45,564 nt of DNA from Geosiphon pyriformis uo1 (GCA_016748015.1 JAAOMT010000029.1:65652-111215); one strand, 5' to 3'; shown: positions 11,476-23,531, counted from the first letter of the stretch. The notes: generated by a model not told the origin, from the letters alone. Translations and numbers: made by a program.

Positions 11476-12385
11476 GTCGTAAAACGGTTTTGTAATTCAT
11501 TTTCCACGTTTCACCCTGTAAGGAAGATCTTTTGTTTACTTAATAACTCTGGGTCAAAGCTTTCGCTTCCCCTCATTGGTAAAACATTACTGAAAAAAAA
11601 AATCCAGGATAAAAAAAGCCAGATTTTTCAAAAAAATTTTATTAAAAAAGCTAAAAATTGAAAGAAATAATAGATTTTTATTATTTAAATGTAATATCAA
11701 ATAAAAATAGCTCACTGGTTAATTTTAAAAATCAATAAATTATAAATGTTTTTTGTAATAGGGGAATATCATGATTTTCGTTTGATCGGATAATGACGCA
11801 TTAAATTTTCTTTGCATTCTCTTTTTACGTAACTTTTTAATCATCTTTTTAACTAACTAGGGTTTTTTTTTCTTTAGAATTAAAACATTCACTCCCCCAA
11901 TTAGCTATATGTTTCAGAATCAAATAAATCAAACGTACAAAATTTAACTTTATTTTTTGCTTTAGGAAATTTTCGGTAAAACTTGAATGTATTCTAAAAA
12001 CTGTAAATATCATTCTTATTCTTATTCTTATTCTGTGCTGATGAAATCAATTACCCATATTCCGTAACTCCGTAAAAATTTTTCATGTTATGTAAATATT
12101 AAATTAACGCATTTAATAAATTTTAAGCATGTCATACCCTAAATCTGGTTGTTTGAATGAATTTTATCACATAAAACTGTCAATATCTTGATTAAAGTGT
12201 GGCATCCCAATTCTTTTATCTTTATAACCTTTATCATGCTGTAATTCATCCCCTTAAAAAACTAAAATCTATTTTTTGCGAGAAAAAAATTCAAGTCCAA
12301 CTGATTTTAATAAATCTCATTGATCGCACCAAAACATTTTTGGTTTTTTGGCCTCGCGAGCTCAAAGGTTTCAGAAAATATTTTC

Positions 12386-12390
<5 letters not shown>

Positions 12391-12436
<46 letters not shown>
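12391..12436 (+). repeat. (CA)23 microsatellite
   Basis: Perfect CA run ending 15 bp before the LOV gene ATG. Confidence 0.97.
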
Positions 12437-12440
<4 letters not shown>

Positions 12441-12451
12441 TACATAATCAA

Positions 12452-13951
12452 ATGAACTTTCATCCCCAACGAGGATTACCCTACGCTAACTCAGAAAGCA
12501 GCGATAGTAGTCAAGAAGAGGATAGTGGACTTAACTCACATAATGCCGTGTTTATTTTACCAGATTCTTCATCAAATCCTCCTCTTCAGATTTCTTCTCA
12601 AAATTCTATTAATCAACTTCCTATGTACACTATAAACGACCGGTAAGTTCTTTAAAAAAAATAAATACGCAAAAAATTGAACCTTTATGATATCTTTCCT
12701 TCTTGTCGTGTGTAAAAATTTGAAATCTTTTAAGCGCCTAGTCAAACCCAGCACTATTCTTTTAAAATAACAGACAGAACAACGGCTCATTAGACCACTC
12801 ACTACAACACCCACAGTATAATTCTTCCCATAGCACATCTATTGCTCAAGCCTTTTTTGGATTTACCCGTAATAATTACAACCAATCTAGTTCCCATTCC
12901 ATCAACTCATTATCATCCTCCAGATCATCTCGAGACACAACGACTTCAAGGCAAATTCCTCCGTTGCCTCCGGTATTACCAGGTCTTATTCAATATATTA
13001 TCAAAATATCAAACTCTTAGCATTGATGAGCTCAAAATATAATTATATCTGAAAATCTTTCTTTATGGATCTAGGTTTAGGAATAATTTATTCAACCTCT
13101 GGATTCGACATGTTAGGCATTTTGGTAAAAACTTTGAATATAAAGAAAATTTTGCTTTCCTTTATTTAAATATAATTAACTCAAAAATATTTAAATTAAA
13201 TTTAAGGCTCGTGTAGCCACCAGGTAGATGATTATTTAAAAATTTTTTAATTTCATCTGAATAAAGAAAGCATCTCAATCCAAATCATATAAATGTAATT
13301 AGTTACAGCCCACGTGATGTTCATTTGTCACATTTTTAATCCCATCTTTAAAGCCTGAGCTTTTCATCAAACTATGTTTTTATTTATTCCCATTTTAATA
13401 GACCCAACCCACAGATTGATCTTGGACCAGTTGATCTCAATTGTTCATTAATAGTAGGTGAGTAAGATTGATCAAAGATTTAAGGTGTTCTCATTTAAAA
13501 AAAAAACTACATGTTTTCCTTGTTATGAATTTGCAGTTGATGCACGGAAACCTGATCTTCCTGTTGTGTATGCCAATGATTCATTCGAAAGATTAACTGG
13601 CTACCCACTTAGGGAAATAATAGGCCGTAATTGTCGGTTTCTGCAAGCCCCAGATGGTCATGTGACACTTGGATCACGTCGTGAACATACTGATCCGACA
13701 ACCGTTTATCATATGAGGAATGAAATCAATTCGGGACATGAATGTCGCGCCAGGGTAATAAACTATCGAAGGAATGGTCAGGTAAATAAAACATGAGATT
13801 TTAAATTCTTTTTCAACACCCAATTAATTAAAACTTGAATCTTTTTTAATTTATGAAGAGATTCTTGAACGAAATAACAGTTATTCCAATAAGAGGGGAT
13901 TATGACGAACTTTCATACTATGTTGGTTTTGCGGTTGGAATTGAAATGTAA
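12452..13951 (+). CDS. Short VIVID/ENVOY-like LOV-domain blue-light sensor, ~286 aa; join(12452..12642,12774..12982,13075..13124,13207..13223,13402..13457,13537..13781,13859..13951)
   Basis: Seven phase-compatible exons. Fungal LOV N-cap IYSTSGFDMLGILARVATRPNPQIDLGPVDLNCSLIV and core GRNCRFLQAPDG with the fungal E-F loop insertion. Ends NYRRNGQRFLNEITVIP...YYVGFAVGIEM*. N-terminus is Ser/Asn/Gln-rich; no PAS or GATA domains follow. Confidence 0.9.
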
Positions 13952-15044
13952 CAAGGCAGACCATAAAATAATTGGAATTTGCTCTCAGAACACAACGAGC
14001 TAAGATTAAGGATTCATATCAGATAAGCACTAGGATCACCAGTCAAAAATTTGTTATTTTCATATCGGATGAGATCAGGTTTTTCGACTTTTTGATAAAA
14101 TTTGCACCTTTGCTTTTAAGCCATTCTTCCCGGGAACACACAAATATCTTTAAAAAGCATGGTTATGAAGTAAAAAGACCTTTTAACTTTACCCATATAT
14201 GAGCTATATCATCTGAATTACAAAATTTGTTAGAGGCTAGGATTAAAAAAAACAAGATTTGCCTGTTCATATAACAACTCAAGTAAAATCGAGTCGGATG
14301 GAGGAATTGAAAAATACCTGTGGATCCTGGATTTAGATAAAAGTACAAGTGAATTGAATTTGTATTGTGTGAAATAAAACAAATAAAGATAATTCTTGAG
14401 ATAAATAAAAATATTTTGTTGTTATTGAGTTGCTAACCCAAATATACAAGTTTTATCATTCAACAAATATGAACGCCCAAATTTTCTTGGCATGATTGAC
14501 ATCTCACTATTTGTCAGAATAAAGTTTTCCATGCTGTGCATGATAAGCAAAAAGTTGAATTTCTATTTAAGGTGTCACTTATCATTCCTTTTTCTGCAAA
14601 AATACTTGACAATCTATTACTTTCGTTTGATAGTATTAAAACAAAAAGCTTATTTTGTTGATTTTCATTAAATTTTGAAAAATTAGTTACAGTTACCATT
14701 TATTTTGCCAATTTATCCGAAGATTTCCACTTTCAATAAAAAAATAAGTACGGTTTCCAGAATTATTGCCCCTTTTTCTTTAAAAAAATTCCAGGGTCCA
14801 GTGATAAATTGTGATCATCCCTTAAATTGTGAATCCAGGTAAATATGTGACATCAGAGTACAAATTCATAGTGTATCCATCTTTTTTCACAGAAAACGAC
14901 ATTTATCAATCGAAACGAGCGGGCACTCTTTCTAGCCATTGAGGCTTCTTCGAACTTTATTAGAATAGGCTATTCTTTAAGAAGGTGCTATTGGCTTTTT
15001 GAAAGGTAATCTAAATTGGGAAGAAAAAAACTATCCATGATAGT

Positions 15045-18000
15045 TTATAACAAAGTAGTGATTCCAACTTCAATAGTATCTTCAGTTGGAATTTCCCAGT
15101 TGCCGTGCAAATCTCGGGAATTATTTGCCATAAACTGATAGAAGTTCAATAAGGGAGCTCTTAACCAATTACCGAGCCTTGGACGTATTTTATGTCGAGT
15201 AATTACGTAGGTCACCGCGGGGCTCCCAAGTAATTGGTCTGCCTTGAGAGATTCTCGTTCGGGATCAACTTTTATTATTTCTTGAATTAATTTCTGAATA
15301 AAATCTGATGACTGTATTACGGGCTCGATATAACCGTAACGAGCTATTACTCTGTACGCCCCAGCAAATTCACTAATCTTACGCACCACCAATCGATCTT
15401 CCTCACCAACAAAGGGAACAGCTACTGGTCGAATTGATATAAAAACCAAAGTCTCATGCACAGCCGATAAATGTTGTACAAAATGCCTGAAACTTAGTGG
15501 AATACTGAACCCAGCATCTTGATAAAATAGCCCGATGCCAGGAACTCGATGAATCTTTGAATTATTGCCAAGAAGTCGTAATTTTTGTGGTTGTAAAGTT
15601 GGAACAAATGAGATTGTGGGATAACTTTGAATAAATTCTGTCGTTTTAGTTTCAGGGATAACGTGACCATTGTCTTGAGTTATCTTAGATATGTCATTGT
15701 CTGATTCTATATTCTCGGGTGAAAGGGTATTTGAAGATGTGACAGGAAAATTTTGACTAATGAACAAATTTTCAAGACGCACTTTGTTCTTCGATTCATA
15801 TTCAATTCGAAGTGTAGTCCCCCATTTCCAAATAAACATTATTGTTGCCAAAATGAATCCAGAAACCAACGTGAACCAACCACCATCCTTGACCTTCCGT
15901 AGAGATGAAATCAAAAAAGCCCCATCCACAAGACCAAAGAAAAGCAGAAATGTGATTGGGACGAGAATATGCTGGCGCCAGACCACGTACATTACCACCT
16001 TTAATCAGAATTGACAAGATTAGTAAATGATCAAGGAAAAGGAAAATACTTAAATGATGTAATTTCTCTTTACCGAAAGTAAAAGTGTTGTTATAAACAT
16101 GACAGAGGCAACAGACACCCCAAAAGCACTAGTGAGCCTTGCCGATTCTTTGAACGTAACCACAATAATAAGGACCACGACCATAAGAAAAAAATTTACT
16201 GCAGTTTTTTAAATCAACAAATGGTTACTGATTAGTTGAATTTTTTTAAGCATGGAAGTGCAAAGGTCAAGGTTCTTTGAATAGATCATTTACTTTCAGG
16301 GATATAAACTTGCCCTTGATGTTGGCGAGAAGTATATACAATCTTTAAAGAATTATAAAAATAGTCAAATACACAGATAAAGAGGGAATAAACATAATAA
16401 TATATCAATATACCTTAACCCTAGGGAAAAAATCAAGTTGCATCGCTTGATGAAGCAAAGTGAACGAGGCCGAAATTAATGCTTGAGACCCTATAATTGT
16501 TGCTCCTATAGCTAGCGAAAAGATAAACCAATAAATGACATCCTGTTGAGGGATTGTTAGCCAAAAAACATTTGTGAAAAGTTCCGGCTCATTAACTAAT
16601 CTAGCACCCTGGCCCATGTATACAAGTATCAATGGTGGATAAACGAGACAAGGAAAAGATAATTGAATGGCGCGACGATTAAAATGACCCATGTCAGCGT
16701 ACATTGCCTCAACACCGGTGACAGCAAGAACGACACCGGCAAGCGAGTTAAATCCTTCTGTGCCTTTTCGTGTAAAATATTGGAAACAATAATATGGATT
16801 ATAAGCTTTCAAGATTTGTGGATGTTTGCTGATATTCCAGATCCCGATGCAACCAATACTAATCATCCAAAGAAAAATAATTGGAGCAAATACAATGCTG
16901 ACTCTATCGGTGCCGAATCGTTGTCCGAGAAAAAGTAAAACTATAATTAGGCTGAAATTACGACCTTGTTAGACCATAAAATATAATATCAAAGCAAGGT
17001 TAAAATCTGAAAATCATTTTGTTTACCATGATATGGGAACTACTGCAGAGGACAATTTTGGAACTGAAATTTCTATTCCTTCAACTGCTGAGATAACTGA
17101 AATTGCCGGAGTTAATAGTCCATCGCTTAGAACGAGCGATGCTCCAGCAAGCACTAAGATGAGTAAAACTTTTTGAACAAATTTGTTTCGAGCGATAAAG
17201 TCTGATTTCTCTTTGGCGCTATGAATGGAAACCGTATCATAATTGACAATCTTAAGGTCATCCTCATGTTTTTCACCTCGAACGGCTAGACCAGAATATC
17301 TAAAGTTAAATCAAGAATTTAACATTAACTCTCTATAGTTTCTTACTTTCTGATAATTATCTTGGAGAAAAAAATTTGCGACCTGCCTTGTAAGAAGCGA
17401 ATAAAGAGCGAAAGTCCCGCCTTCCCCGTTATCATCAGCCCTAATGACAATAAAAACGTACTTTATCAACGGCACGATTGTCCTGAAAAAAGTTATCTGA
17501 TTGAATTAAGTTGCAAACAGTACAAAAACAGAAACCATAGCAAGCTGACTATCCTTAATCTTACAAAGACCAAATAATGAGAGAGAGAGTTCCTATTAAT
17601 AAAATTTTCCCAAGTTTTTTCACTTGTGTGGCAAATATTTTGTAAAGGATCAAACAAAAATTACCATAAACATCACGAGGATCTTTTGGGGCCTCTGAAA
17701 ATATTCCCGTATAAGCATACAATGGAGAAGTTGCAAGATCCCCATAGATTACACCTGAAGCCAATGTAAAATGGGAATGAAATTCGATTTTTTACAAGAC
17801 AAAACTATTTTTTCTAAAAGATTATACCTAAAGACTTGAATGTCAAAATAATTGTCCCAATTGCGGTGACCTGAAGAAATTGCAAAAGGAAAAAGATATA
17901 TGTTCCAACTAACTAATCAGAAATAATCCTAGATCCATCTCTGAAGTAATAAGAATTGGGCTAGCCTTTTTGCGTGGTCTAAGCTTGCTTTCTAAAGCCT

Positions 18001-18064
18001 CATTTTCAACAGAAAATGATGGGTTCAAATTAACAGTTTTACTTTTCTCATTATTGGACGTCAT
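15045..18064 (-). CDS. HAK1: KUP/HAK/KT potassium transporter; complement(join(15045..15998,16074..16198,16294..16342,16414..16951,17027..17299,17387..17482,17565..17592,17665..17754,17828..17870,17966..18064))
   Basis: Family signatures [67 protein letters not shown] and YRVIARYGY. Ten exons; the first exon/intron is least certain because it needs a GC donor. Confidence 0.93.
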
Positions 18065-18519
18065 GGTGGGTTGAAATTGGTAGAAGACAAATTATCAACT
18101 CTTTTTTTTTTATTTTAGATATCCAGCAAAAACGCAAATTTTTATATTCGACCAGGGCCTTAAATATGTATTTCAACTAATTGATGTATTATTATTATAT
18201 GTTTAAGACAATCACACGTTTATATACATTGTTCACCAAAAGTTCATTTTATTTTATTCACGTGTATTAAAATCCGTAAATTGAAATAAAGAGGATTAGA
18301 ATTCCAAAAAAATAAGTTAGAGAAAAGTTTTGATTCAAGAAAATTTGTTCAAATTCAGACAACATTGATGTGTGCCAAGTCATATAACCTTAAAAACTTT
18401 TTTAGGAAAATAGATCTTAACTCTCTCTTGAATCAATTTAAATCGATTTTTATATCTTGACTCCTTAAAAGTTTATTTTTAAAATACTTAGTCGCCTCTA
18501 CTATTTTTTTATGACGAAA

Positions 18520-18990
18520 CTAAAATTCTGGGACAATGGGAGCCTTATTAAATGTTCAACATGGAAAGGTCAATGCTTTTAACATGTGGTTTATTTTATG
18601 CAAATCATTACCATTTTTTTCCTCATCACAAAATGATAATCGCGATAGGAATAATGTTTTCATTGAGCTGGTAACCGGGTGTTTGACGTTAGCTGAATAT
18701 GACATAATTGAAATATTCATATTTAGGTTTTGTACAAATAGTAAAATTGATTTCAAGTATAGAAGTTTCCTTCCGATTTTCTGTCAACTGATCAAGCAAA
18801 AGTCCAGATGTTTTTATTTACATGTAGAACTTTTTCTCTCCCAGATCTACTCTGCAAGTTTTTACTTTTATATTTCTTTAACTCTATAAACATTTGCTTC
18901 TTAAACTCTTTTGATTTTTTTACCAGTCTTTGCTTGATTTCCCACAATTAAATTTGGTTACGTATTTGGTGTCTGGACACATCATATGGA
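18520..18990 (-). mobile_element. Possible highly decayed Tc1/mariner fragment
   Basis: Minus-strand fragments ANVYRVKEI..KNLQSRSGREKVL (cf. Tc1 NLPRSGRP linker) and SFCDE (cf. FSDE). Many stops. Confidence 0.35.
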
Positions 18991-20509
18991 ATTATGATTT
19001 TAAACAAGGCTTAATAAGGTTATAAAGAAAAAAGTCTGAAGTTTTTGAACATATTGAGTGATCTTTTTGTCACGGCTAGAATTAAAAAATTATCAAAGAA
19101 AAAGACAAAAAGACCTGAATTACCTGAATTTAAAGCATAGACTTTATTATTCTTTACTTGATTTTTTCATTAAATTGTGAAGTATTTCGTTTAATATATT
19201 TCTTAAAACTACTTTTTACATACAAAAAAATAATTTTTGCTAATGACAAATATTTCTGGTTTTTCAACCCATAGTTTTTTCAAAAATTCCAATTATGCAA
19301 AAACTTGAGCTTATTTTTTTTTGTTTCAATTTTTTTTCTTATGAACTTTTGTTGCAAAAACAAAACGACCATTTCTTTTTTATTGAGTGATTTCAAACTT
19401 CATAATATTTTAAATACACACATCTTTTTTCACATTTATATACAAATCTCAATTGCAAAGTAAAAGCAGATCTCAATAACATTGAGATTTAATTGTAATT
19501 AATTTTAATAATTTTTGAAAAGTATTTTTAAAGGTTTTGTTTAATGGAACATTTTATTTTGCTCTAATTAATTGTTAAAATACATAGTAGTTAATTACTA
19601 TTCATTCAACTTATTTGATGGATAAAGCTTTATCTTATACAATGGGTGGGTTACCAAAGAAATTGAAGATTAAAAAAAAAAATTCAAAATTCAAATTGTT
19701 TTTTTATTTAAGAATTGTATAAAGAAGAAGGCTTATTTTAATTATCCAGATTTACAAGTAAATTATTTAAATAATAGTTTTAATATCAATTATTCTTTAA
19801 TTCTTGATCATTTCGGGACTAATTAGATGTCAATTATTTTTCTTTACACTATACGATTATATATATAAATAAAAAAAAAGTATTGTCTTATTACAAGTTG
19901 GGATTAATATAATTTTACCATGGGTTTTTTTCTTTCAACTTACAAAGATATTTTATGGAAATCTTTTAAGTTTGAAAATTATGATTTTTGAAAGTTTTTT
20001 TTTTTTAAAAAAAAGAAATCATTTAAAACAGAAAATAATATTTGATCTGTTTAAATTTATAAATAATTTATCCTGAATACTAAATTTTTACTTTTTTAAA
20101 TAATTGCAAATATTTTTTAAAAGAGTTAATTTAAATATCTGAGATCAAATACTTTTGCTAATAAATATACTTTATTAACTTATTATGAATTAAAAATTTC
20201 CATTTATTAAATTAGAATAATATTAACTATTAATAAATTAGTCCTACTCTATTTATTAAATTTTAAAGTTTCAGTGTAAGAAATATGAAGTTGGTTTTTT
20301 CTAGAAAAATATTTAATGAAATGGATAAACTATTTTTATGACCTGAATTAAAGCTTTAACCTTTTTTATTATCTTAAAATATAGATTCTAAATTTGCGAT
20401 TAGTTAACTAGAAAATTTTTAAATTTGCAGTGTATAGTCATTTTTAAAAAATCAATATATCAAGTTCTCTCCTTTCACTACCAACCAACATTTTAATATC
20501 GTTATGTAA

Positions 20510-21160
20510 AAAAAATGTCGTCCACTCGTACAAAACAGAACGAGATTGAAAAAGAAAAGATTCGAAAACCATAAATGTCGCTCAAACCTTTGGACTAGAC
20601 CTCACAATAATACGCCGCTTTATTGACAAATACAAAAGAATTGGGAAAAGTGAAATTCACCATGTTCTGAAAGACCACAAATTCCTAGCAACCGCAAAAA
20701 AGACTTATTCGTGAATAAAACCGCTTACGAGTGTGAAAATTGGTAAGCAATCACTACAATCAAGTTTTGCAGCACATTTAATGCTAAATGCTTTTGCGTC
20801 TACTTTCAAAAGTGAGAGGTGTTTGGTTGAGAGTTTTAAAAAGTTTATTAATATTTTGCGATGAATACCAAAAAGGGGATGCGAGTAATCCTCTTGAAAT
20901 CTTAAAAACCAATCTGTTACCATTTTCAGAACGCAATTAAGGTATTAATTGGAAGCTACGCAATTTTCATCAAGATAACGCAACGATCCATACTGCAGGA
21001 AATAAAATAATGAATCCAATTAAGAACATTTAAAGAAAGCTGTTGAAGGATAACAGCAAAAATATGAATTCTGTTATTTGAGCTTTTCAAAGAGGTTATT
21101 ACCTCAATTACAAAGATAATTGAAGCAGTATAAACTCAGGTGGAGGGCTAAGAAAGTTTT
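20510..21160 (+). mobile_element. Degenerate Tc1/mariner transposase remnant
   Basis: TIIRRFIDKYKRIGKSE...RPQI (HTH and GRP linker); FHQDNATIHTA at 20965..20997 (QDNAPxH motif); MNPI; C-terminal IEAV..SGGG. Frameshifted and deleted; TIRs not identified. Confidence 0.7.
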
Positions 21161-21786
21161 TTAGGGGGTAGTGTACATTAAAATCTAAAACGAGTTTTGG
21201 CCAAGTTTTTAGCATTCAAAATCAGGCAAGCATATCGTGTATATTAACGAGCTAAATACAAAATATTCATATTAAAATTTAAGTTGCTCCAAAATTAAAA
21301 CTAAATTTAATTCTTCTAATAAATGTAGTGTGCTCAGAAAAATGAAATTAAAGGAGCTTTACAACGCAGCGATTGGGTATAGATAAAAATTAAAAATGAA
21401 TGCCAGTTCTATACTACATGATTAATGGTCAAACATTAACATAGCCGATCAAAATCGTTTTAGGTAACGAGAATAAAACTAAAAAAAAAGCTTTTGAAAA
21501 TCAAGATTTAACTTGCCCTCCACTACATTTGATCATGGTATTACCGAATTAAATTTGCTGCATATAAATATGTATATTTAGAAAAAAATATTTTTTAATA
21601 TTATTTAATTAATTTTAATTTAATTAATTAATTACAATTATTGATAATGCTGAACAATTTGTACCATTTAGCGCAGCAAAAAATCATAAAATATAAAATG
21701 GGTTTTCTGGTAATAGAATTTTCAAGAGACAGAGTTTTTTTTTAAATACAAAATTTCTTTCAAACTCTCTCAATTAAATTTTCAAA

Positions 21787-23531
21787 ATGAGAATAAAAAA
21801 ACCTACTATTCGGCTATTTCGAAAATTTTTTATTGATATTGTCCCATTTCGAGAAACTGAACCAGTTTTTTTACGTATAGCAAAATTTGTTTTTATTTAT
21901 TTGATATATATTGCTCTCCTTTTTTATTTAATCTATTTGGGGTTAGAAATGAAAGATGAAAAACCTCACATTGAAACGACAAGGGAGGATGTTGAAAGAG
22001 TACCAGCTCCAAGTAAGCTTTTTTTATTTTTTTATTTTTGAGTTTAACTTTTCAAAAAGTTTTTTGTTCTGTTTTTGATTATTTCTTTTTTCATTAGTTA
22101 TTCTGATCATTTCACAGTTTAATATCACAACAAAAGTTTCTGTAATTAATCTTGATAATGAAGGTATTGTATGGATTCAATCATGATTTTTCATATTTTA
22201 ATTTTCAAAAGTTAATTAATCAACCTGCTTTGTATGGGTAAATTTAAGGGTTTTATACAAGACGCGAAGAACCAAATATTCATGAAAGCCCACAATTTGA
22301 AAAAAATACATATTTTAACACGATTAACGATCCGGAATTAACTTTTGGAAAAATCGGTGACAATGGGATTGAAGTGCAAGTTTTTAGGGATGAGACTTTT
22401 AATAACACAATCGAAGAAGACCTTGTAACTTCTTCAGGAATCCAAATTTGGCTTGGAGATATTGGTATGATAAATAAGATCCTTTCTCTTTTTGTTTTGG
22501 AATAGAAATTCTTATTGAAATTGCTGCTGCTACTATCTAGATATTTATAAAGCTAAGTATTTCCAAGAGAATCCCAATGCCATAAATAAGACGTATTATG
22601 ATGAAAATTATTTTTACCTTTCCCCACATCAGGTCAGAACAAAATTTTCATCATATTTAAAAGTTATCCACGTTTAACCGAATTATTTCTATCCAGAGGC
22701 ATGTTGTCTTGTTCACTCGACGAAAAAACAAAGTTCTTTTTGGTCACAAAATTAGGAATAATTTGGGAATTTCCACTAAACCTAACAACTATTATGAGAT
22801 CAAGTCAAATATCCGTAAGCTTATTTCAAATTCTTATCTACCATAATATTTTTTGCCTTAACTCTTTTCCTAAATGTTATGAAACTTTCCTTAATAATAA
22901 AAAATAGAAACAGTTGCCCCTTTAAATCCAAACACATTCAAACCTTTCCTCACTTTTGAGATTTATTGTGGGTCGTTTGTCGTAGAAGAGTTGGAAGAGA
23001 AAAGGTATTTTGACTTTTATTTCAAAACATTTAATTTAATTTAATAATACCAATGATTTTTATTATATTGATAGAGAAAAAACGGTCCTCTCAATACTCA
23101 GTGCTCTGGGTGGTGGTTTCGGCTTGGGAATGGCAGTCTATAGCTTTTGTTTTGGTAATTAAGAAATTTATTCATGAAAACTTTGAAATAAATAAATAAA
23201 TAAATATTTTTTCATTAATATAGGTGCCAGCCAAATAGGACCTTGGGGATGGGTGCAAGAATTACCAGGGGTTAGACACTCTCTAAAGGTAAAATTAAGA
23301 GACCGATTTAAAGGACATATTCCACTAATTGATGGGAGTCCCAACGTCGCCGCCGAAAATAATGATGATGATAATGGTGAATTAGGGGTTGAACCTAAAC
23401 TGTCTTCTGATTCAAGTCGTATTCGTCATCTCGAAATAAGAAGTGCAGCTCTTGAACTCTTACTCAAGGAATATGTAGTTGATATAGGTGATTTTGAAGA
23501 CTTAACAACAACACAAAACCAAGAAAACTAA
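21787..23531 (+). CDS. Two-transmembrane protein with large extracellular loop, ~400 aa (PAC/TMEM206- or DEG/ENaC-like topology); join(21787..22012,22098..22163,22249..22464,22541..22632,22697..22814,22908..23004,23075..23154,23224..23531)
   Basis: Eight exons with canonical GT-AG introns form one 1203-nt frame. TM1 is FVFIYLIYIALLFYLIYLGL. TM2 is TVLSILSALGGGFGLGMAVYSFCFG, followed by PWGWVQ and a coiled-coil-like tail RIRHLEIRSAALELLLKEYVVD. N-glycosylation sequons occur in the loop (NIT, NNT, NKT). Confidence 0.85.

Noticed and set aside
11780-12330. GATC-containing light-response elements upstream of the LOV gene
   Set aside because: Only isolated GATCG matches, expected by chance; no paired motif.
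12199-12451. HTHTHT ORFs / N-terminal extension of the LOV protein
   Set aside because: Translation of (CA)n from non-ATG starts; the ATG at 12452 is the plausible start.
15760-17577. Plus-strand ORFs overlapping KUP
   Set aside because: Antisense shadows of KUP exons.
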